DNA from: Macrostomum hystrix
Taxonomy: Eukaryota > Animalia > Platyhelminthes
DNA length: 64,000 nucleotides
Reading direction: 5' to 3'
NCBI GenBank assembly: GCA_950097015.1
Contig: CATNEN010000002.1
Coordinates: forward strand, 9,114,001 to 9,178,000
Part shown: piece by piece, positions 24,901-34,537 of the stretch
Layout of the letters: each line of letters opens with the position of its first letter
How positions within the stretch are numbered: position 1 is the first letter of the stretch
The notes under the pieces: model-generated
What the model was told of the DNA's origin: nothing
The model's database searches: none
Seen by the model: the letters and a program-made list of their open reading frames with translations, nothing else
Position numbers and translations under genes: made by a program

Positions 24901-27900
24901 GCCTCACCCAGCTTCATCCAGCATCATTCAGCTTCATTCAGGCCTCATTCAGCTTCATTCAGGCCTCACCCAGCTTCATTCAGGCCCCATCCAGCTTCAT
25001 TCAGGCCCCATCCAGCTTCATTTAGGCCTCATCCAGCTTCATTCAGGCCTCATCCAGCATCATTCAGGCCTCATCCAGCATCATTCAGGCCCCATCCGGC
25101 ATCATTCAGGCCCCATCCAGCTTCATTTAGGCCTCATCCAGCATCATTCAGGCCTCATGCAGCTTCATTCAGGCCTCATTCAGCTTCATTCAGGCCTCAT
25201 TCAGCTTCATTCAGGCCTCATCCAGCATCATTCAGGCCCCATCCAGCATCATTCAGGCCCCATCCAGCATCATTCAGGCTTTATCCGGCATCATTCAGGC
25301 TTTATCCGGCATCATTCAGGCCTCATCCAGCATCATTCAGGCCTCATCAGCTTTATTCATGCCTCATCCAGCTTTATTCAGTCCTCATCGAGCCTTATTC
25401 AGGCCTCATTCAGTCATCATTCAGGCCTCATTCAGTCATCATTCAGGCCTCATCCTGGATGAGTCGCTGGCCCTCGCTAAGTAGTCTAAAATCCTTAGAT
25501 CCCATTGTCCAGGTGCTCAGCTCAGCTGTCGTTGGCCCGCGACGCCTACGCCGTGAAGCAGCTGCTGCAGCGCTGCGAAGATCTGGACCAATTTTGCCAG
25601 AACTCCGAGGACATCATCGAGGCCAACTCGGGCCTGGACAGTCTGGCCCGCGCCAAACAGGCCCAGAAGGATCTGGCTGGCCTTCAGGCCGATTTAAAAT
25701 CGCGCCAAGAGAGCCTGCTCGAAATCGAGTCCGGATTGTCCAGCCTGAAGTCCGACCGGGCCAGGGCGCAGTTCGACCGTCTTAACCGACGCTTTGCTGA
25801 GCTGCGCGAGGCAGCCAGACTGCACAGCGAGAACATCCAGCACTCAGTAAAGGTGTTCCGCTTTCTGGCCGAGGCGCAGGACGAGATCGCCTGGATCAGC
25901 GCCCGGACTCCGCTGGTTGAAGGCGCCGATGTTGGCGCCTCTAGCGCCGACGTTGAACGGCTGAACAGGCGGCTGAAACAGTTCGAAGAGGAGTTTGAAA
26001 ACAGGAGGCCGGTGAGTGGGGCTTATAAGTTAGAAATTTATGGCTAATACCTGAGGTCCTGAGTTCGATTCCATTATTTATTAAAATCGGTAATTTACCT
26101 GTTCAGGTAATTGATGGTGTCGCAAATGTCGGCAAAGCTCTTCTTGAGTCCTCCGGCTCCGAGGCCTATCGTCAACGCTCCGACTCGGTCAACAGCAATG
26201 CCAGCTGCTCCGATGCACTTCACTTCCGCGAGGAGGAGACCCGGCGCCGGCTTGCCCGGCTGCAGGCCGACTACGCCAGCCTGGCCCGCCTCACCAGGGA
26301 GCGCGGCGAGCGGCTGGAAGCGGCCCGCATTCGATTTGCTTATCTGGATGATCTGGCCGAAACCAAGAGCTGGATTGAGGAGAAGCTGGCCGGGGTTCGA
26401 ACCCTGGACGCCGGCGCCGACCAGTTTGTGTGCCTCTCCCGCTGCAAGACAGTGGAGACTCTGGCCACGGACGCCGAGACGGTGGAAGAACGGGTCACCG
26501 AGCTGGCTGAGGTTGCTAAGAAGCTGGACGATCCGGCCGTGTACAAGAGCCAGGCCGAGGTGCAGAACCTGCTAGACAGCCTCATCAGCCTGCTGCGACT
26601 GCACAAGCGCCGACTGGAGGAGAACCTCAAATACTTCGCCTTTAAGGAGCAGGTTGACGAATTCGACTCCTGGCTGAGGTGAGTTCCGGTTCGTAGATTG
26701 TTTATTCCATTTCTTAAATTGCTCAATCTAGTTCGTAGATTGTACAATCCAGTTCTTAGACTGTTCAATCCATTTCTTAGATTGTTCAATCTATTTCTCA
26801 GATTGTTCAATCCATTTCTATGATTGTGCAATCCATTTCTTAGATTGTTCAATCCATTTCTCAGACTGTTCAGCCCATTTCTCAGACTGTTCAATCCATT
26901 TCTCAGACTGTTCAATCCATTTCGTAGACTGTTCAATCCATTTCTAAAAATGTTAAATTCATTTCTAAGACTGTTCAATCCATTTCTAAGACTTTTAAAT
27001 CAATTTCTAAGACTGTTCAATCAACTTCTTAGATTGTTCAATCCAGTTTATACACTGTTCTATCCAGTTTGTTAATTTCTCAAGTCATTATGTTAAATTC
27101 TGTTTAAAGACAGAGTTATGTGCCTGTCAGTTGCCAATCAATTGTTAAATTGGTTCCCTAAAATCCCCTTTGAATTGCTTCCAAACCAGATCCCAGGAGA
27201 TTGCGCTAAAATCAATCGAGCCGGGCTCCGACGAAGAATCCTGCGACCGCGCCATCGAGAAATGCGGCCAGGCGCAGAGCGGCCTTCGCAGCCGCCAGTC
27301 GCAGCTGGACCAGCTGGACGCCAACTTCGCCAGCCTGCAGTCGGAAAAAAACTGCCGCCTGGAGGAGGCTAAGAATCTGCGCGACTCGCTGAAAACCCGC
27401 CTGGCCAATGTTCACCTGAGCGCCAGGGACCTGCGCAAATCTCTCCTGGACTCCAAGAAGATTCACAAGCTCCTTTACGAAGCCTGTGGCCTGCACGAGG
27501 CCCTGGACGAGAAGCTGCACGAGCTGCAGTCGCTGGCGCAGTTCGGCACCACCCTCACCTCCAATGAGGAGCTGCTGCGCAGTCTGAGCCTGCTCAGCGA
27601 CAGCGAGCTCAAACCTCTGGGCCAGCGGCGCGACGAGTTGGCTAAGAAGAGCCGCCAGCTCATTGACGAATTCAAGGGCTCCGATGCGGAAGCGGTGAGG
27701 CGCATTTATGACCGTTGGTGATGATTGCATTTTCCAGATAAGAACTGCAGTTTCCAGATAAGGATTGCAGTTTCCAGATAAGAACTGCAGTTTCTAGATA
27801 AGAATTGCAGTTTCTAGATAAGAATTGCAGTTTCTAGATAAGAATTGCAGTTTCCAGATAAGAACTGCAGTTTCTAGATAAGAATTGCAGTTTCCAGATA

Positions 27901-29199
27901 AGAACTGCAGTTTCTAGATAAGAACTGCAGTTTCTAGATACTGAGATACGGCGATAACTTAAAGACTGAGTCCATGAAAATGGCATCCCTAAAATTCCAG
28001 GTGATCGAAGAGGACGTCAGCGCCGTGGAGCATCTTTGGCAGGAGCTGACCAAGGCAGCCGAGGAGAAGCGCTCCGATCTGTTGGCAGCCAAGGAGGCCC
28101 ACAACGGTCTGCTGAAGTACGGCGATCTGCTGCAGGCGCTGCAACAGCTGCTTAACCAGATCCTGGCCGAGGACTTGGCGCCCTCCTACCAACTGGCTGT
28201 GGAGCAGGTGGGCCAACTAGCCACTGACTTGCATGCCGCAATTACCTTGGGATATTTAAATTAGCCAATTTGAGAACTGGTAGGGCTACTGTGCACAAAA
28301 GAAAGAGGAGAGCAAGGATAAGAGAGGAGAGCAAGGATAAGAGAGGAGAACAAGGATAAGAGAGGAGAGCAAGGATAAGAGAGGAGAGCAAGGATAAGAG
28401 AGGAGAGCAAGGATAAGAGAGGAGAGCAAGGATAAGAGAGGAGAGCAAGGATAAGAGAGGAGAGCAAGGATAAGAGAGGAGAGCAAGGATAAGAGAGGAG
28501 AGCAAGGATAAGAGAGGAGAACAAGGATAAGAGAGGAGAGCAAGGATAAGAGAGGAGCGCAAGCTGAAGGTTTGGCAGAGAGGGGGAGAACAAGATTGGA
28601 AATAGGTAGAGCAAAAATGACCAGGCAGGTGAGCACTATGGCAAGAGTTGATTTCTGAGTCCGAACGTCGGTCACCCGCCATCGCAGGTGGAGCGCAGCG
28701 CCCAGCGCGGCAAGGAGGCCAAGCAGCGCGAGTCGCAGGCGCAGGAGTTCGCCCGAGTGGCTGCCAAATGCCGTCGCGACTGTCCGTTCATGTCGGACTT
28801 CATCGACGCCAAGCTGTCGGCCGTGTCGAAGCTCTGTGAGCTCGTGCTGTCGTCCCAGAAGCAGCGGCACGAGCTTTACGTGGAGAACGCCGACATCCGC
28901 CGGGTGCTGGACGGCTGCCAGCGAATGAACCGCTGGCTGGACGACTTCGGGCGAGATTTTGGCGGCTGCGCTCCGGCCTTCGAGCACGGCCTCGACCAGC
29001 TGGAGATGCGCGGCAAGCGCAGCGACGAACTGGCGGCCCTCCTGGCGGCGCAGAAGCCGCGCGTGGATGCCCTGATGGACCTGACGCTGCTTGAGCGCCG
29101 CTTCGAGGAGCAGAAACGGACGGACAGCGCCAAGAGGAGCAAGTCAATCGCCTACAATGAGCTCACTGCCGGCGTCAAGAAGAGAGAGTCAATGCGCCA

Positions 29200-29230
<31 letters not shown>

Positions 29231-32200
29231 GCCGCTGCCAAGGTACGGGAGTAGCTTTCAGTCAGGTCTCAAACACTGACGACCCACCTGATTCTGACCC
29301 ATCTGACACTGACCCATCTGACTCTGACCCACCTGATACTGACCCATCTGACACTGGCCCAGCCTGACATTGACCCATCTGACACTGACCCACCTGACTC
29401 TGACCCATCTGACACTAACCCACCTGACACTGACCCACCTGACTCTGACCCATCTGACACTGACCCGTCTAACACTGAACCACCTGACTCTGAACCACCT
29501 GACACTAACCCACCTGACTCTGACCCATCTGACACTGACCCACCTGACACATGACTCACCTGATATTGACCCACCTGTCACCGACCCACCTGACTCCGAC
29601 CTATCTGACACTGACCCACCTGTTACCGACCCACCTGACTCTGACCCATCTGACAGTGACCCACCTGACACTGACCCACCTGACATTAACCCACCTGACT
29701 CTAACCCATCTGACCCCACCCGTCCCATCGCAGCAGCCAAACAAGCCTTCGATCTCCGAGGAGGCGTCGGCCGCCGTCCGGCCCCAGCTGACTCGGCCGC
29801 AGAGCATCGCCGAGGAGACGGACGCTCCCGATTCGGCCGGCGTCTCTCTGTCGGCCTCGGCTTCGTCCGACTCGGCGTCGGCCACCCAGATCCGCAAGCG
29901 TGGCCTGAACAAGTCGCACACCTTCAACACCAAGAAGGCAGCGGCCGGCGGCAAGCAGCTGGCCTCCCGCACCCGCCTGTCCGACCTCATGCCGCCGTCC
30001 ATCGAAGGCGAGCTGGAGATTCGGCAGGACCTGCAGGCTGGCGGCCTGAAGTTCCCCATCAAGAAGTGGAAGAAGCGATTCGCGGCTCTCTGCGGCCACC
30101 AGCTGGCGGTGTTCAAGGACCGCAACGGTGAGCACCTGGGAGCCTGGGACCCGATACCCATCCGCCTTGAACCGCTTTGACCATGAAAATAATGCGCTAT
30201 CCTACTACTTTTTGTCAGTAGCTTGAACAAGCATGTTGCCCTATTTAATTTGAGCCAGTTCTTTACTAGGTGATAGTTAGACTTAGCCAATTGTAATGAG
30301 TGACCAGCCAAGGTGCAGCTGATAAGATGGCTGGCCGGCGCCGTAAGTCGTCTCTCGTATTCAAAGTCGATAACGGAAAACTGATGAAAATCTGATAGTT
30401 AAGCTTTTTAGCAATCCGATTGCATCGGAACAGATTGGCTTCGGAGTGCAATATGAAATACTGTTCAACAGCTACTACTGGCAGCAGTAGCTGCATCCGG
30501 TTTTCAATCCACTTTTTACAGCTGTTTAAAAATATTTTCAATGCAGACAGATCTAAATAGGCCTGTAGGTTCTCAGCTGGCGGCATCTGGGTGCATTGTG
30601 AGTGTGCTTCTCATGTACTCTCTAGTAGAATATATTTATAATGAGCATGCGTACTCAAACATTGCTTATTCCTTGTTTAATAGCCTACCCGTGTTATTGT
30701 TTCCCATATTTTAGCTGGTAAGTTAACAGCCAATCAAATCAGGCGACGCAATTCATTTCGATAAATTTTGTTTGTTTCATCTAAGTTTTATGTAAATGGA
30801 TACATCAGTTGATTTATTGCTGGTTTTATAAGTAACTTGTCAAACAACATAATCGTATAAAAATTGATTAATTCCTCCGAATTCCAACCTCAAATTCTGA
30901 TTCCAGCTGGTAAGACGCGTGTTTTAACTATCTAATACTATCAGTAGCTACCTGAGACTCAACGATTTGTTTGTGGCATTTTTTAATTCCTGTGTTTTAC
31001 CGCATTAGTAAGCATCACCACTGACTGTTTAATAACAGAAGCAGTACATTTTGTTCAGTCTGTGTGATTAATAAATTTAACTGATTTCTGTTTCGTTAAT
31101 CGCTAGTTTAAATGTTATTAACAATCGAATGAAATTTCTAATACCCACATTTTTCTGTATCTCGAAAATATTCAACCAATCGCCATAAAAGTCTGGATCA
31201 CGGGCTAAGATTTTCCGCTCTATCCGATGAAACAACTGCTGACTCGAACGGCTTTGAAAGTTCGTTCAACGTAAAGGGTGGAAAATTTTGAGCCTTATGG
31301 TGGACTTTCACGAAAATCGGTCAATCGGTTAGGAAGTAGGCAGGGAGTTTTTTAAATATCCCCGTGTTCTTTCCTTTCCCCAGTGGGAAAAATTGCGTAG
31401 TATTTCTACTGTTAATATTCCCGGCCGGGCTGTGGGCAATAACGCATCATTCAGCGACAGTCAACCCGCAGGAGGCAATAGTGCTCATTCCTCTGACTCC
31501 TGAGCACACACTAGCTCATAATTGCGCATTCAGGCACACAGTTTAGTCGCTACTTTAGCAATAGTTCTTGTAGCTCAGTCGAGTTGAAATCTCATGCCTA
31601 ACGCAGCTGTGCTTTTTTTATAATTTCCTTCTTTTGAAAATTAGATTTTGCCATAGACAGTCGCCAACCGCACTGCTCACAGTAGTACCCCCCGGCTCTG
31701 ACATTGTTTAGCCTACATAACCGGCGACACGGCCCAGCACACCCTCATGATCCACGCCTGCCGCTGCGAGATGGACCCCGAGCACCGCCATTCCATCCGC
31801 CTGCACCTGCGTGACGGCTCCCTGTACCTGCTCATGCTGCCGACCCAGCAGGACTGCCTGGCCTGGCACGGCCAGATCAGCTTCAAGGCCAGCTTGGAAC
31901 CCAGACAGCAGCTCGCCGAGGACATCGGCGAAGGCGGCGTCTCCGCCGGAGCATACAAGTTCGACGCCGACGACACGACCGTCAGCCTGCAGGTGTCGCT
32001 GCGCGGCAGCGGCGGTGGCAGCGGCCGGGGAATCAAGCACGCCAGCGTTGCTGCCACTGCCGCCCCGGCAATGACCATCCAGCGCCCGGCGAGTCAGGTC
32101 CCGACGACTTCTTCCTCGTCGGCGACGACTCTGCCAAAGTCGCCGGCTAAGCCGACTGCCGCGTCGCCTGTACCGGTGCCAGCCGAGAGAAAGTCGGCCA

Positions 32201-33638
32201 CACTGACCGCTGCTCCCCGCGGCGCCTCCGTCGGCATCGCCGTCACCGCCGCGGCGCCGTCATCGGCATCGTCAGCTGGCAAAACTCGAACGGCCCAGTT
32301 GCGAGCTGAGGAAGGTGGCGGCGTTGTTAAAGGTGAGCTGCTGACAGCAAATTGTGCTCAAATGTCCTACTAACTAGTAGCGGCATGCGGATTTTCTCAT
32401 ATTTTTTGTAAAAAAATACCACAAAGCCAATTGAATATTCCTCACAGCTGCTGACAGCGACTCGTCTTCTGATGAAGCAGGTAAAGTTTCAATGGAGTAA
32501 CCCCATCAGTAACTATTTGCTCACCTGTGCTCACTGTCTGTCGTGAGTGTGTGCTTTTTACTCATTTTTACTCCCTTTTGGCTTTCTAAAATTCATAAAA
32601 GTCACCCTTGTGTTGTGCAGTCTTGGTATTCGTCCAATATTTGTTCCCGCAATACGCAAAGCTTCTTACCCACTGTCTCACAATCTCGCTTATAATTGTT
32701 GTAGTAGCCATCTGTCCTTCTCACACTGCTGCATGCCTGGCATGGTTGTAAATTCTTTGTCGGCCAAATTTTATACTTTCAATAATTCGATGTCGCATGC
32801 CCAACCGCGCCTGTTCACCTTTACGCATGTGTTCACTAACGAATCACCGTCCGCAGAGGTCCAGTCACCGTCTGGCCGAGTCTCCCAGACGCTTCCACGG
32901 GTGTCGGTGTCGGCTGATGTCTCCGGTACGGTGCTGGCGACCTCTCGTCATTGTGCCACTGCATGCTCTTTCACCTGCGCTTTATTGCTCTGTTGTCTGT
33001 ACCTGTATATACATTACTATATAGCTGCACAAAATGCTGTCATTGATCAGTATACAGTACTGTGGCAACTACGAGTATATGCAGTACTCAGATAGAGGAG
33101 TACACAGTATTGTCATATATCTGTACTCAGTGCTGTGATTGATCTGTGCACAGTAAAATCATTACTGTACACAATTATGTCATAGATATGTACACAGTGC
33201 TGTCATAGATATGTACACAGTGCTGTCATAGATATGTACACAGTGCTATCATAGATATGTACACAGTGCTGTCATAGATATGTACACAGTGCTGTCATAA
33301 ATATGTACACAGTGCTGTCATAGATATTTGCACAGTACTGTCAAATGGTCCGTCAAAGCTGTATACAGTACTGTGAAAGCTGTACACAGTAATAGCTGTA
33401 CACAGTACTGTAATAGCTGTACACAGTACTCTGATGGCTGTACACAGTACTTTAATAGAGCTGTACACAGTCCCAATGCTGTACATGTCTGTGCATCTGC
33501 CGAACTCTTCCACTGCATTTCCCAGGTGAGTCAGTCGCGCACGACTCCAAGGAGAAGAAGAAGAGCAGCCTGTTCCGCATGTTCTCGGGCCGGAAGAAGA
33601 AGGACAAGGAGGGCAAGGACAAGAAGGGCGGTGATTGA
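5027..33638 (+). CDS. SPTBN5: Beta-heavy spectrin (karst/sma-1/SPTBN5 orthologue), 34 coding exons, about 4129 aa
   Basis: Exons: 5027-5221, 6228-6584, 6658-7133, 9499-9646, 9761-10285, 10632-10976, 11638-12225, 12590-13042, 13812-14071, 14462-14521, 14617-14887, 14976-15290, 15379-15930, 16179-16442, 16543-16917, 17262-17638, 18014-18404, 19081-19299, 19552-19887, 20855-21181, 21508-22128, 22522-22902, 23258-23743, 24150-24649, 25513-26011, 26107-26678, 27190-27694, 28001-28207, 28688-29242, 29734(or 29737)-30127, 31712-32332, 32448-32480, 32857-32925, 33526-33638. All phases are compatible, with GT-AG boundaries except intron 24 (GC-AG); total 12390 nt. Motifs: VQKKTFERWTN (CH1), NIVDGDVTLTLGLIW, ALLLWCQ, SWNDGMAFNALLH, NLEVLLYDIQ, SH3 within the repeat region, PH domain, basic tail. 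Confidence 0.93.
5258..6078. repeat. Intron 1 minisatellite, 30-bp unit, about 27 copies
   Basis: TGGTTTGTGATTGGTCCTTCAAATCATGTC with 31-bp GGTAACTTC variants. Confidence 0.95.
7270..7540. repeat. Intron 3 minisatellite a, 32-bp unit, about 8 copies
   Basis: CATGAGGTTTCCAGCAAATCTACTCCTTCATT; period 7393->7425. Confidence 0.9.
8190..8345 (+). mobile_element. tRNA-derived SINE-like fragment in intron 3
   Basis: A-box-like TAGCCTAGTTGT (8196), anticodon-like loop CTCCCAA, B-box GAGTTCGATTC (8239), downstream CACCCAGCTGT body; no acceptor stem closure seen. Confidence 0.5.
8833..9489. repeat. Intron 3 minisatellite b, 20-bp unit (18-bp variants), about 33 copies
   Basis: CTCTCATCCAACCTGACACC; ends 9 nt before the exon 4 acceptor AG. 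Confidence 0.95.
11030..11550. repeat. Intron 6 minisatellite, 24-bp unit, about 21 copies in two variant blocks
   Basis: GTGAGCGTGGGCGGAGGTTTTAGA then GTGAGCGTGTGTGGAGGCCATAGA. Confidence 0.93.
12190..12760 (+). other. SH3 domain inserted in the spectrin-repeat region (diagnostic of beta-heavy spectrin)
   Basis: Spliced exon 7/8 sequence RVMVNHAYQ|ARDPKQRDLSAEKGDIFELLQKTNNDWYSVRDLDTNKRGFLPAIYLTEI. Confidence 0.88.
12255..12535. repeat. Intron 7 minisatellite, 14-bp unit, about 19 copies
   Basis: CCTGAACT + variable 6-mer (CACCGA, CTCCCG, TGTCAA). Confidence 0.88.
13058..13727. repeat. Intron 8 minisatellite, 20-bp unit, about 33 copies
   Basis: TTCAGTCAGCTGATTTAGAT / TTCAGTCAGCTGATGCAGAT. 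Confidence 0.96.
15975..16080. repeat. Intron 13 short tandem repeat, 33-bp unit, about 3 copies
   Basis: TGGCATGGACAAAGACTACACTGTGTCTGGTCC. Confidence 0.85.
17025..17130. repeat. Intron 15 short tandem repeat, 33-bp unit, about 3 copies
   Basis: AATCCCC recurs at 17031, 17064, 17097. Confidence 0.8.
17700..17830. repeat. Intron 16 degenerate repeat, 15-16-bp unit, about 8 copies
   Basis: AAAACCGTTACTTTC. Confidence 0.8.
18440..18975. repeat. Intron 17 degenerate minisatellite with about 117-118-bp higher-order unit
   Basis: AAACTTCTC/AAATCCC sub-units; AAACTTCTGAAATTCCTAAACG recurs at 18663, 18781, 18898. Confidence 0.85.
19348..19420. repeat. Intron 18 short tandem repeat, 27-bp unit, about 3 copies
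   Basis: TGTTTCTAGGAATGCTCAGATAGTAAC. Confidence 0.8.
22218..22460. repeat. Intron 21 minisatellite, 20-bp unit, about 12 copies
   Basis: GTTATCCCCTCAGCTTCAGT. Confidence 0.95.
23798..24105. repeat. Intron 23 minisatellite, 20-bp unit, about 15 copies
   Basis: CCCTGACACCTCAGAGCCTA/T. Confidence 0.95.
24660..25460. repeat. Intron 24 minisatellite, 21-bp unit, about 38 copies
   Basis: CATTCAGGCCTCATCCAGCTT and variants. Confidence 0.93.
26690..27065. repeat. Intron 26 minisatellite, 21-bp unit, about 17 copies
   Basis: TTCAATCCATTTCTCAGACTG. Confidence 0.9.
27725..27940. repeat. Intron 27 minisatellite, 20-bp unit, about 11 copies
   Basis: TTTCCAGATAAGAACTGCAG. Confidence 0.93.
28300..28560. 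repeat. Intron 28 purine-rich minisatellite, 19-bp unit, about 13 copies
   Basis: GAGAGGAGAGCAAGGATAA. Confidence 0.95.
29198..29230 (+). repeat. Coding (CAG)n tract, 11 Gln, in spectrin exon 29
   Basis: CAG CAA (CAG)9 in frame: ESMRQQQQQQQQQQQAAAK. Confidence 0.95.
29275..29716. repeat. Intron 29 minisatellite, 15-bp unit, about 29 copies
   Basis: CTGACCCACCTGACA / CTGACCCATCTGACT. Confidence 0.92.
29990..31900 (+). other. C-terminal PH domain of the spectrin (split over exons 30/31)
   Basis: IEGELEIRQDLQAGGLKFPIKKWKKRFAALCGHQLAVFKDRN|AYITG...SIRLHLRDGSLYLLMLPTQQDCLAWHGQI. Confidence 0.85.
33170..33480. repeat. Intron 33 minisatellite, 23-bp unit, about 7 clean copies then degenerate
   Basis: GTACACAGTGCTGTCATAGATAT. 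Confidence 0.88.
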
Positions 33639-34271
33639 TCGGTTCCAGTGGAACCTGATTGGTGTGAAATTGGCGTGAATTGTCACAACTGCAACTGGAT
33701 GAATTCATACACATCGCTAATGTTTTCAGTTTTGTATTGACTTTGACCTGGTAAACATTTAATATTATATTTGTTATAATTGTCTATTAAATTCGCAAAC
33801 TTTGTCATTACTACTAGTTATTGATATTATATTTAACCGCATAAATCACATTTTCTTTTTTTCTACTTGCCTTTTTCATTCTAAAACACTAACAAGTACT
33901 CGTATATTTTTTATATTATTAGACTTGGATATTTTAGATTTATAAGATCGATTGGTCCTAAAGATAGTTATCGGCGATAATTGAAAAAAAACTCAACTCG
34001 ATTATACTACTGCTGCTGCTGCTTGACGTTTCGCGATTTCCCTTTTTGCCCGGTTCCTTGGCAGTCTTAGTATAGTAGCTCTTTATATATATTAAGTTTT
34101 TTATTGACATGGTAAAAGGGATCGGGTTTTCAGTCTAACAAAAGGCTGTTCTGTACCCTTTAAGTTAATTGGCTCTGTGCCTTATAACAAACTTGCTAAC
34201 CCCACATTTTTGTTCTCTGCCATTGACACTGCTCGACTGTTAATCTGCAGCTTGTTTACTAACTATGCGTC

Positions 34272-34277
34272 AATAAA
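34272..34277 (+). promoter_or_regulatory. Candidate polyadenylation signal for the spectrin gene
   Basis: AATAAA about 635 nt after the stop codon, in an AT-rich 3' region. Confidence 0.35.
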
Positions 34278-34537
34278 TAAATACACATTGTCACTGCCAT
34301 TCTCATTTGTGTGCCTGTTCTGGCGATGGCTCGCTGCTTGGCATCACTCAATAATTTGCTATCAGCACTTTGATTGTGCTCCATTCATTCAACCTGACTG
34401 CTATTAGCTAGCACAGTGCACTACTCAGTGAGCACAGTAGTACTTATGGGAAACTAGCTCGCTGATATTTGATACGGAAGAAAACATGAAATCTACGGCT
34501 ATTTGACAACCAGAGACTTACCTTTTTAATCCTTCAT

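Noticed and set aside
30270-30600. Weak integrase-like reading frame in intron 30
   Set aside because: Several stops and only a vague YYW..C resemblance; not enough to call
9664-32282. Many antisense and alternate-frame ORFs over spectrin exons
   Set aside because: Shadows of GC3-rich codon usage, which depletes stops in other frames; they end near exon borders
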